Origin: Curvibacter sp.
GTDB lineage: Bacteria > Pseudomonadota > Gammaproteobacteria > Burkholderiales > Burkholderiaceae_C
Direction: 5' to 3'
Length of the DNA stretch: 64,000 bases
Assembly: GCA_020248905.1 (NCBI GenBank)
Contig: JADCGR010000026.1
Span: 5,321 to 69,320 of the forward strand
Shown here: piece after piece, positions 35,634 through 43,076 of the stretch
Layout: the number at the start of each line of letters is the position of its first letter
Position numbering within the stretch: position 1 is the stretch's first letter
Program-made: the position numbers and the translations under genes
Notes under the pieces: generated by a model
Databases searched by the model: none
What the model was told of the DNA's origin: nothing
The model's input: only the letters and a program-made list of their open reading frames with translations

Positions 35634-35735
35634 GGAAAGACGAAGGCCGCGCATGCGCGGCCTTCCATTTGGTGCATCTTTCAGCTTGTTAGCGGACAGA
35701 GCTCATATCCCAATCACTTGTGGTTGTACTGTAGC
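35634..35735 (-). ncRNA. tracrRNA: Predicted tracrRNA (type II-C), divergent from cas9. The ends are approximate.
   Basis: The anti-repeat lies at 35688-35723. The plus strand GTTAGCGGACAGAGCTCATATCCCAATCACTTGTGG matches the reverse-complement repeat GTTCCGGTCAGAGCTCATATCCCAATCGACTAGACT, with a 19-nt identical core at 35697-35715. A minus-strand transcript would therefore pair with minus-strand crRNA repeats. Downstream on minus come AAGCUGAAAGAUGCACC, then the 35665-35642 hairpin and a U-rich tail. A possible promoter is TTGTTG-17 nt-CGTAAT around 35745-35775. Confidence 0.6.
35642..35665. terminator. Palindromic GC-rich hairpin, a likely bidirectional terminator (Rieske gene on plus, tracrRNA on minus)
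   Basis: gaaggccgcg-catg-cgcggccttc has a 10-bp perfect stem. It is followed by catttggtgcatcttt on plus and gtctttcc on minus. Confidence 0.6.
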
Positions 35736-35791
35736 CGCGATTACGATAAAAAACAAGCTCTTCAACAAACCTGCCAAAGGGAGATGGTGCA

Positions 35792-38700
35792 ATGCTGCCG
35801 AAACAGCCGTACAGGCTCGCACTGGATATTGGTTCTACTTCAATCGGATGGTGCTTGCTGCGCCTCGATGCCCATGCGTCCCCCAAAGCAATCATCCGCA
35901 TGGGTGTACGGATTTTCCCGGATGGACGCAACCCCAAAGACGGTAGCTCGCTGGCTGTCACGCGCCGAAACGCCCGCGCCATGCGCCGTCGCAGAGATCG
36001 GCTGCTAAAGCGCAAGGAGCGCTTACTCCAGGCGCTGGTTCGGCTGGGCTTCTTCCCCCAGGACGAAGCTCGTCGCAAAGGACTGGTGCAGCTTGATCCC
36101 TACGAGCTCCGCAAGAAGGGGCTGTACGACGCGCTCAGCGGCCCTGAATTTGCACGCGCCCTGTTTCATCTCAACCAACGTCGTGGCTTTCTGAGCAACA
36201 GAAAGACGGACAAAAAAGACAGTGAAAGCGGAGCGCTCAAAAAGGCCATCAAGGAATTGCGAGAAAAGCTGGCGCAGGAGAGTTGCCAGACTCTGGGTGA
36301 GTGGCTGGCCAAGCGTCACGAAGCGAGGCTGAGTGTGCGAGCCAGGCTCCGGGGCAAGACACAAAAAGACAAGGCCTACGACTTTTACGCCGACCGCGCC
36401 ATGATCGAGCACGAGTTCGATACGCTGTGGGCCGCCCAGAGCGCGCGCAACCCTGCCCTGTTCAACGAAGCAGCGCGCGTCGAACTCAAAGACGTCCTCC
36501 TGCACCAGCGCCCCCTCAAGCCGGTGCGCCCCGGTCGGTGCACCTTGCTTCCTGAAGAAGAGCGTGCCCCACTGGCCCTGCCCAGCACCCAGCGTTTCCG
36601 CATCTACCAGGAAGTCAACAACCTGCGCTTGCTGACGCCTGATCTGCGCGAGACACCACTAACACTGGCACAGCGCGACGCCGTAGTGAACCTAATGGAA
36701 ACGCAGGGAGAAGTGCGGTTTACCGAAATGCTCAAGGCCCTGAAGCTTCCCGGCTCAACCAGATTCAACCTGGAAGACATCAAGCGCGACCGCCTCAAGG
36801 GCAATACGACCACCGCTATCTTGTCCAAGGAAGTGGCGTTTGGCGACGCATGGTTTGGCTTCGATCACGACCTGCAAGACACCATCGTCGACAAGCTCCT
36901 CAACGAAGCCAGCGAGTCGACGCTGATTCAGTGGTTGCAGTTGAAGACGGGTGTAGACGAACCTACAGCCGAACGGATTGCCAGTACCAGCCTACGCGAA
37001 GGCTACGGCAACCTGAGCCGCGAAGCACTGACGGCGATCGTACCGGAGCTCATCAAAGATGTCATCGTCTACTCAGAAGCCGTCAAGCGTGCCGGCTTCG
37101 ATAGCCACTCAGCACTGTCCCATGCAGAGACAACCGGCGAGATCATGGACCAGTTGCCCTACTACGGCGACCCGCTGCGCCGACATGTCGCCTTCGCCAA
37201 AGACAACCCCCGTAATGATGAAGAGCGATACGGCAAGATCGCCAACCCTACGGTACACATCGGCCTGAATGAGTTGCGCAAGGTCGGCAATGCATTGATA
37301 CGACGCTACGGCCATCCAAGCGAGGTGGTGGTAGAGGTCGCCCGCGACCTGAAGCTCAGCCGGGAGCGAAAACTGGAGATTCAACGTGAGCAGAAAATCA
37401 GGCAAGACCTCAATGACCAGCAGGTCGCGCAGGCTTGCGCCGTTCTGGGTTTGAATCCGGCAAACCTGGATCGTGCGAAGCGCCGCGAACTGTCGCAAAA
37501 GATGCAGCTCTGGGTGGAACTCAACGCCAAGAACGTGGCTGATCGACAGTGTCCCTACACGGGCGAACAGATCAGTATTGAACGCCTGCTTTCCAGCGAG
37601 GTAGAGATCGAGCACATCCTGCCCTACTCCATGACGCTGGATGACAGTCTGAACAACAAGACTGTGGCCATGCGTCGCGCTAACCGGGACAAGGGCAACC
37701 GGTCTCCCTTTGACGCTTTCGGCAAGTCACCGTTGCCTGGCTATGACTACCCTGCCATGCTGCAGCGCGCCGCCCTCATGCCCAAGGAAAAGGCCAAGCG
37801 CTTCGCGCCGGACGGATACCAGCGCTGGCTCAAAGAGGACAAGGACTTTCTGGCACGTGCGCTCAACGACACAGCATACCTGTCACGTATCGCTAAGGAA
37901 TATCTGAGCCTGATCTGCCCTCCAGACAAGGTTCGCGCCATTCCAGGTCGCATGACGGCATTGCTGCGTGGCAAGTTCGGGCTGAACCAACTTTTGTCTG
38001 GCACCGAACTGAAGAACCGCAACGACCACCGTCATCATGCGCTGGACGCTGCTGTGATCGGCATCACCGACCGGGGGCTGCTGCAGCGCTTTGCCAAGGC
38101 CAGCGCCCATGCACGCGAGATGCATCTTGACCGACTGGTCGAGGAAATGCCCCTGCCCTGGCCAACCTACCGCGAGCATGTGGCGCGAGGGCTGGGACAC
38201 ATTTTCGTCAGCCACAAGCCGGATCATGGCTACGAGGCTGGATTTGCCGACGAGACCGCCTATAGACCTCCGCACCTTGATCCGAAGGGGAAATGGCGCA
38301 CACGAGGAATTGGCGGCGACAATCCGAACGAGCGCGCTCCTGATGCCGCATTGATCGCCATCGTGCGCTCACATCCCCGACACGGAGTGGACGAGTATGG
38401 TCAGCCCATGCCATACAAAGGCTACATGGGAGGAGACAACTACGCCCTCGAGATAACCCGCGACGACGATGAAACTTGGGAAGGCACAGTTGTTACCACT
38501 TTCGATGCGTACAAAATCGTCGGCAAAGATGGGCTTGAACAATTGCGTCGCCAATCGCATGGACAGAACGGAAGGCCTTTGATCATGAGACTGGTTGCGG
38601 GGGACAGTCTTGCGCTGGAAATCGACGGGAGGCGGACCATCTTTCGAGTCGTCAAGATGCGAGCCGGCCGCAACCAAGTCACACTTGTTGGCCTTAACGA

Positions 38701-38848
38701 GGCGAATCATGCCAATCGCATGAGCGAGAAAGACCCGAGCCTGATTTATCTACAGGACAAGTCTGCCCCTTCTCTGAAAAGAATGCGTGCACGCTGTATC
38801 ACGATATCCCCCATCGGCGAGCTGCGCGACCCCGGCTTCCAGGATTAA
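35792..38848 (+). CDS. cas9: Cas9 endonuclease, type II-C, compact (1018 aa)
   Basis: RuvC-I is YRLALDIGSTSIGWC. An Arg-rich bridge helix reads RRNARAMRRRRDRLLKRKERLL. RuvC-II is EVVVEVARDL. The HNH motif is EIEHILPYSMTLDDSLNNKTVAMRRANRDKGNRSPFDAF. RuvC-III is NDHRHHALDAAVIG. The SD gggaga sits 8 nt upstream of the ATG. Confidence 0.95.
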   Translation: MLPKQPYRLALDIGSTSIGWCLLRLDAHASPKAIIRMGVRIFPDGRNPKDGSSLAVTRRNARAMRRRRDRLLKRKERLLQALVRLGFFPQDEARRKGLVQLDPYELRKKGLYDALSGPEFARALFHLNQRRGFLSNRKTDKKDSESGALKKAIKELREKLAQESCQTLGEWLAKRHEARLSVRARLRGKTQKDKAYDFYADRAMIEHEFDTLWAAQSARNPALFNEAARVELKDVLLHQRPLKPVRPGRCTLLPEEERAPLALPSTQRFRIYQEVNNLRLLTPDLRETPLTLAQRDAVVNLMETQGEVRFTEMLKALKLPGSTRFNLEDIKRDRLKGNTTTAILSKEVAFGDAWFGFDHDLQDTIVDKLLNEASESTLIQWLQLKTGVDEPTAERIASTSLREGYGNLSREALTAIVPELIKDVIVYSEAVKRAGFDSHSALSHAETTGEIMDQLPYYGDPLRRHVAFAKDNPRNDEERYGKIANPTVHIGLNELRKVGNALIRRYGHPSEVVVEVARDLKLSRERKLEIQREQKIRQDLNDQQVAQACAVLGLNPANLDRAKRRELSQKMQLWVELNAKNVADRQCPYTGEQISIERLLSSEVEIEHILPYSMTLDDSLNNKTVAMRRANRDKGNRSPFDAFGKSPLPGYDYPAMLQRAALMPKEKAKRFAPDGYQRWLKEDKDFLARALNDTAYLSRIAKEYLSLICPPDKVRAIPGRMTALLRGKFGLNQLLSGTELKNRNDHRHHALDAAVIGITDRGLLQRFAKASAHAREMHLDRLVEEMPLPWPTYREHVARGLGHIFVSHKPDHGYEAGFADETAYRPPHLDPKGKWRTRGIGGDNPNERAPDAALIAIVRSHPRHGVDEYGQPMPYKGYMGGDNYALEITRDDDETWEGTVVTTFDAYKIVGKDGLEQLRRQSHGQNGRPLIMRLVAGDSLALEIDGRRTIFRVVKMRAGRNQVTLVGLNEANHANRMSEKDPSLIYLQDKSAPSLKRMRARCITISPIGELRDPGFQD

Positions 38849-38853
38849 GCATC

Positions 38854-39783
38854 ATGATCGGCCGCATTGTCGAGGTGGCCGATGACCGGCGACATCTCTT
38901 CCTGTCGCGTGGTTTCATGGTGGTGCAAGACACCGAGGGCGAACGCAAGGAGCTTGGACAGGTGCCGCTGGACGATATAGCCGCCGTCATAGCCAACGCT
39001 CACGGCTTGAGCTATACCAACAACTTGCTGGTTGCCTTGGCCGAGCGCGGCGCGCCCTTCGTACTGTGCGCGGCAAACCACAATGCCGTCGGCATGCTGC
39101 TGCCGGTGGACGGCAACTACCATCAGGCCAAACGCTTCGACGCACAAATCGAAGCTGGCAAACCGCTGATGAAGCGCCTGTGGGCCGAGGTGGTACGCGC
39201 CAAGCTGACACAGCAGGCCGCCGCGCTGGAGGCAGCGGGCAGCCCCAACGCGCCCTTGAACGTGTTGGTTAGCAAAGTTCGCTCTGGCGACCCCGAAAAC
39301 CTTGAAGCCCAGGGCGCGCGGCGCTACTGGGGCCTGCTGTTCGGGGACAGCTTCCGGCGCGACCAGAATGCCGGTGGGCTAAACGCCATGCTGAACTATG
39401 GCTACACCGTGCTGCGCGCCGCCATGGCCCGTGCTGTCGTCGCCGCAGGCCTGCACCCGACGCTGGGTCTTCACCACAGCAACGAAAGCAATGCCATGCG
39501 TCTGGTCGATGACCTGATGGAGCCTTTTCGCCCAGTCATCGATCTCAAGGTCTGGCAGCTACAGCGCAAAAATGAAATGGACCTGACGCCTGACACCAAG
39601 CGTGCGCTGGTGCGCACCCTGTATGACGACATGCAGACCGATGCTGGCGTAACGCCGGTGCTGGTCTGCGCACAGAAGCTGGCTACGTCGCTGGCGCAGG
39701 TCTACCTGGGCGAACGCGACAAGCTGGATCTTCCACTACCGGGGCTGCCGCTAGCCCTGGCCAACACGCTCAACGACGAATAG
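38854..39783 (+). CDS. cas1: CRISPR-associated endonuclease Cas1 (type II)
   Basis: 309-aa ORF 5 nt after cas9: MIGRIVEV...RHLFLSRGFMVV..., NAMLNYGYTVLRAAMARAVVAAGLHPTLGLHH, DLMEPFRP. Confidence 0.9.
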   Translation: MIGRIVEVADDRRHLFLSRGFMVVQDTEGERKELGQVPLDDIAAVIANAHGLSYTNNLLVALAERGAPFVLCAANHNAVGMLLPVDGNYHQAKRFDAQIEAGKPLMKRLWAEVVRAKLTQQAAALEAAGSPNAPLNVLVSKVRSGDPENLEAQGARRYWGLLFGDSFRRDQNAGGLNAMLNYGYTVLRAAMARAVVAAGLHPTLGLHHSNESNAMRLVDDLMEPFRPVIDLKVWQLQRKNEMDLTPDTKRALVRTLYDDMQTDAGVTPVLVCAQKLATSLAQVYLGERDKLDLPLPGLPLALANTLNDE

Positions 39784-39785
39784 CC

Positions 39786-40112
39786 ATGCTCTCGGGGTAC
39801 CGGCTGATGTGGGTTGTCGTGATGTTTGATCTGCCCGTCGTGGAAAAAGCGGAGCGCAAGGCAGCGACCGACTTTAGGAATGCCCTGCTCGACATGGGCT
39901 TCGAGATGGCGCAGTTCTCGGTCTATATGCGTTTCTGTACCAGCCAGGCCCAGATCGATACTTACAACAAGTACGTCGAAACCGCCTTGCCTCAAGGCGG
40001 CAAGGTGAATATTCTTCAGTTCACCGACAAACAGTACGAGCGCATCATTTCCTTCCACGGCAAGGCCAAGCAGCCCCCGAATAAAGCACCCGATCAATTT
40101 GATCTGTTCTAG
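39786..40112 (+). CDS. cas2: CRISPR-associated endoribonuclease Cas2
   Basis: 108-aa ORF 2 nt after cas1: MWVVVMFDLPVVEKAERKAATDFRNALLDMGFEMAQFSVYMRF. Confidence 0.85.
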   Translation: MLSGYRLMWVVVMFDLPVVEKAERKAATDFRNALLDMGFEMAQFSVYMRFCTSQAQIDTYNKYVETALPQGGKVNILQFTDKQYERIISFHGKAKQPPNKAPDQFDLF

Positions 40113-40137
40113 GATTGGCTGTGGTTTCTGAAGCCCT

Positions 40138-40171
40138 GAAAACGAAAAACCCCCTGATAGATCAAGGGGTT
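40138..40171 (-). terminator. Minus-strand intrinsic terminator between the CRISPR array and cas2
   Basis: The minus strand reads aaccccttgatctatcagggggtt followed by tttcgttttc. The outer stem is 40148-40153 / 40166-40171. There is no T-run on the plus strand. Confidence 0.6.
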
Positions 40172-40182
40172 ATCGCCGACCT

Positions 40183-41010
40183 AGTCTAGTCGATTGGGAT
40201 ATGAGCTCTGACCGGAACTTACCTGTGAACGAGACGAAGGCAATATCGAGTCTAGTCGATTGGGATATGAGCTCTGACCGGAACCGCTCTGCTCACCATC
40301 ACCCTGGCCGTGGCAGTCTAGTCGATTGGGATATGAGCTCTGACCGGAACTATGGATTCTAACGCCCACCTTTTCAGCTAAGTCTAGTCGATTGGGATAT
40401 GAGCTCTGACCGGAACAGAGCAGGCCACCGTGCTGTGGCCCATCAAAGTCTAGTCGATTGGGATATGAGCTCTGACCGGAACACGGGAGGGGGATGATCT
40501 CGCGCACGCTGCAGTCTAGTCGATTGGGATATGAGCTCTGACCGGAACTCACGGTGGATTGCGGCAGCGCCCGCGCGGAGTCTAGTCGATTGGGATATGA
40601 GCTCTGACCGGAACGTGTAGGTAATGCCTAATAATGGGGGGATGAGTCTAGTCGATTGGGATATGAGCTCTGACCGGAACAATACGGCCAATGCCTTGTC
40701 AACGTTAGACAGTCTAGTCGATTGGGATATGAGCTCTGACCGGAACAGGTGGTGTTTGCAGATCCGCGCGTGGCAGAGTCTAGTCGATTGGGATATGAGC
40801 TCTGACCGGAACACCCAAACAGTATGCACGCCACCAGCACCAAGTCTAGTCGATTGGGATATGAGCTCTGACCGGAACGATTCATTATGACACCTAAACG
40901 GTGTCAGTAGTCTAGTCGATTGGGATATGAGCTCTGACCGGAACGATTCACTGTTTGAGGTACAGGCTGTCCGGAGTCTAGTCGATTGGGATATGAGCTC
41001 TGACCGGAAC
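40183..41010 (-). CRISPR. CRISPR array with 13 identical 36-nt repeats and 12 spacers of exactly 30 nt. The transcribed strand is inferred to be minus.
   Basis: The plus-strand repeat AGTCTAGTCGATTGGGATATGAGCTCTGACCGGAAC occurs at 40183+66n (n=0..12), and I checked all copies as identical. The reverse complement starts with GTT, as type II repeats do. The tracrRNA anti-repeat orientation and the minus-strand terminator at 40138-40171 support minus-strand transcription. Confidence 0.97.
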
Positions 41011-41046
41011 CAAGTCTCTGGGTGGCCAGAGCCACCCAGAGACTTG
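41011..41046. repeat. Perfect 36-nt palindrome (16-bp stem, 4-nt loop) abutting the last CRISPR repeat
   Basis: caagtctctgggtggc-caga-gccacccagagacttg starts on the nucleotide immediately after repeat 13. Neither side has a U-tract. Confidence 0.9.
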
Positions 41047-41079
41047 GCCGCGCACAGCGCGTTTGCTTGGCAAGAGTAA

Positions 41080-41379
41080 TCACCCCCCGCCTCTCTGCGT
41101 GTAGAGATCAAAGCGCCGCATGAAGGCGGTGCGCTCTTGCGTCGCCACGTTGTGGAAGGCGAAGCGCACCAGCAGGCGCGGCAGGCGCACCAGGGCGATC
41201 ACGCGCGCAGGCTGGCCCTGCCACTGCAATTGCAAGGTGCCTGACCCGATGTGCACCTGCGCTGCGCCGTCCTGCAATGCGTACCGACATTCGCCAACGG
41301 CCGCAGGCAGCCAGCCGCGCCACTCGGCCTCGGTACAGGCCATGTCGCGCTCGAAGGTCTCGGGGTAGGAAGATTGCAC
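41080..41379 (-). CDS. Hypothetical 99-aa protein, the last gene of the AOR operon. It ends in Gly-Gly-Gly.
   Basis: ORF MQSSYPETFERDMACTEAEWRGWL...DLYTQRGGG with GC3-rich codons and no motif I recognise. Confidence 0.5.
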   Translation of the reverse strand: MQSSYPETFERDMACTEAEWRGWLPAAVGECRYALQDGAAQVHIGSGTLQLQWQGQPARVIALVRLPRLLVRFAFHNVATQERTAFMRRFDLYTQRGGG

Positions 41380-41451
41380 TGAGGGGTTTGCAGGAAGGGC
41401 TTTGAAAGGCAGCCCGAACGGCAGCAGAGACTCGGCCCCTGGGGTACCTCG

Positions 41452-41706
41452 TCAACCCCCCGCAATGGGCGGCCAGATCGCCAGCACATCGCCCTCGACC
41501 AGCGCATGCGTGGCGCGCTGCTCGGGCGGCACATAGGCGCCGTTGACCAGCACCAGATGCACCAGCTTGTGCGGCAGGCCAAAGGGCTCGGCCACCTGGG
41601 CGATGGTGGCGCCAGACGGTACCTCAAGCTCAACGCGGTTGTCGCCGCGCGCCTGGGGCGGCAGGTAGTCGGTGAGCGAGGCGTAGAGCTTGAAGGTGAT
41701 CTTCAT
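41452..41706 (-). CDS. MoaD/ThiS-family ubiquitin-like sulfur-carrier protein
   Basis: ORF 41452..41829 trimmed to the ATG at 41706 (MKITFKLYASLTDYLP...EGDVLAIWPPIAGG). It has a C-terminal Gly-Gly and is 84 aa. Confidence 0.75.
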   Translation of the reverse strand: MKITFKLYASLTDYLPPQARGDNRVELEVPSGATIAQVAEPFGLPHKLVHLVLVNGAYVPPEQRATHALVEGDVLAIWPPIAGG

Positions 41707-41713
41707 GGGCGCA

Positions 41714-43009
41714 TTATCGGCGCCGCTCGTCGCCCGGCCCGTTCCACACGCCCTGCGCCTGCGCGCAGGCCAGGTAGGCCGGCACCAGCTGCGTGGGGTC
41801 CTTGAGCAAGGTGTCTTTCCAGGCGCCAAGCTTGACCTGGTCTTCGACCAGGCCGCGCATCACGCCCACATGGTCCGTCCGGCCCACGCTGTTGCAGCCC
41901 ACGAGTACATCGCCCTGGAACTGCAGGCTCAGGTGCTGCCAGCCCTGCGCATTGGTCAGCTCGGCGTGCTGGCCGCCGCTCACGCCCTGCCAGTTGCCGA
42001 AGCTGGTGGAGATCAGGCCCAGGGTATCGAGCACGTTGATCTGCGTCACGCCGCGCAACGTGGCGCGGCGGCCCGGCCGACCCTGCAGCGCCATATTGAT
42101 GGCAGCCACGCGCGCCTGTTCGGCGGCGTTGGGCTGGATGGCGCTCACGATGGCCTTGGCGCTGATCTTGTCAAAGGCCTCGGCGCAGTCACCCGCAGCG
42201 TAGATGCCGGGCACGTTGCTCTGCATGTACTCGTCGGTCAGCACGCCGAGCAGGCAGCGCACGTCCGAGCCTTCCAGAAAGCCGATGGCGGGTTTGACGC
42301 CGGTGGCGCTGATGACCAGGTCCACGGTGAGCGTCTGGCCGTTGGAGAGCTTCACGTCCAGCGCCTGAGCGGCGCCCTGGGCGATGGATTCCACCCGGGT
42401 GCCGGTGTGCACGGTCACGCCCTTGGACTCCACCCACGCCTTGATCATGCCTCCTGCGGCCGGGCCCATCATGCGCGGGACCATGCGGTCGCCCATCTCT
42501 ACCACGGTGAGCTGCACGCCGCGCGCGGCCAGGGCTTCCAGAATGATGCAGCCGATGAAGCCCGCGCCCATCTGCAGCACGCGCGCGCCCTTGGCTGCGC
42601 GGTCCTGGATGGCACGCGCGTCGGCCAGGGTCCAGCAGCTGTGCACGCCGGGCAGGTCGATGCCGGGGATGGGCGCGCTCACGGGTGTGGAGCCGGTGGC
42701 AATGAGCAGGGTGTCAAAAGTCAGGGTGTTGCCGTTGTCGAGCTTCACGGCCTTGGCCTTGACGTCGACGGACGTTGCGCGCGCCTGCACAGTCTCGATG
42801 CGCAGGTCGGCATAGTGGCGCGCGCCCTTGCGCAGCAGCGTGCCCTCTTCGCCGATGTTGCCGATCAGCAGGTAGGGGATGGCCATGCGCGAGTACGGGG
42901 GCTCGCGCTCATCGCCCACCAGGGTGATGCGGTCGTTCGGCGCGTGCTTGCGCAGGGTCTCAGCCGCGATGACGCCGGCCGGGCCGGCGCCGAGGATGAC
43001 GTGATGCAT
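41714..43009 (-). CDS. FAD/NAD(P)-dependent pyridine-nucleotide-disulfide-family oxidoreductase (AorC-like)
   Basis: 431-aa ORF with two dinucleotide-binding motifs, HVILGAGPAGVIAA and VLQMGAGFIGCIILEAL, plus AAGDCAE. Confidence 0.8.
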   Translation of the reverse strand: MHHVILGAGPAGVIAAETLRKHAPNDRITLVGDEREPPYSRMAIPYLLIGNIGEEGTLLRKGARHYADLRIETVQARATSVDVKAKAVKLDNGNTLTFDTLLIATGSTPVSAPIPGIDLPGVHSCWTLADARAIQDRAAKGARVLQMGAGFIGCIILEALAARGVQLTVVEMGDRMVPRMMGPAAGGMIKAWVESKGVTVHTGTRVESIAQGAAQALDVKLSNGQTLTVDLVISATGVKPAIGFLEGSDVRCLLGVLTDEYMQSNVPGIYAAGDCAEAFDKISAKAIVSAIQPNAAEQARVAAINMALQGRPGRRATLRGVTQINVLDTLGLISTSFGNWQGVSGGQHAELTNAQGWQHLSLQFQGDVLVGCNSVGRTDHVGVMRGLVEDQVKLGAWKDTLLKDPTQLVPAYLACAQAQGVWNGPGDERRR

Positions 43010-43076
43010 GGTGATGACTCTCCAAAAATGGAAAGCGGCTGCACAGAGCCGCTTTCCCGTCCCGGACGCTGTAGGC

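Noticed and set aside
35688-35791. Alternative plus-strand tracrRNA reading into cas9
   Set aside because: No hairpins or terminator lie between the anti-repeat and the cas9 ATG. In that orientation the spacer-proximal end of the duplex would be the poorly matching end. The minus orientation has a terminator and a better duplex geometry.
41041-41079. Possible degenerate 14th repeat after the palindrome
   Set aside because: A position-by-position comparison of 41041-41076 with the repeat shows only scattered matches, so there is no remnant repeat.
40181-41111. ORFs running through the CRISPR array (40181..40552-, 40443..41111-, 40624..40890+, 40628..40885-) with repeating peptides such as FRSELISQSTRL
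   Set aside because: The periodic peptide is simply the translated 36-nt repeat recurring every 66 nt (22 codons). These are not genes.
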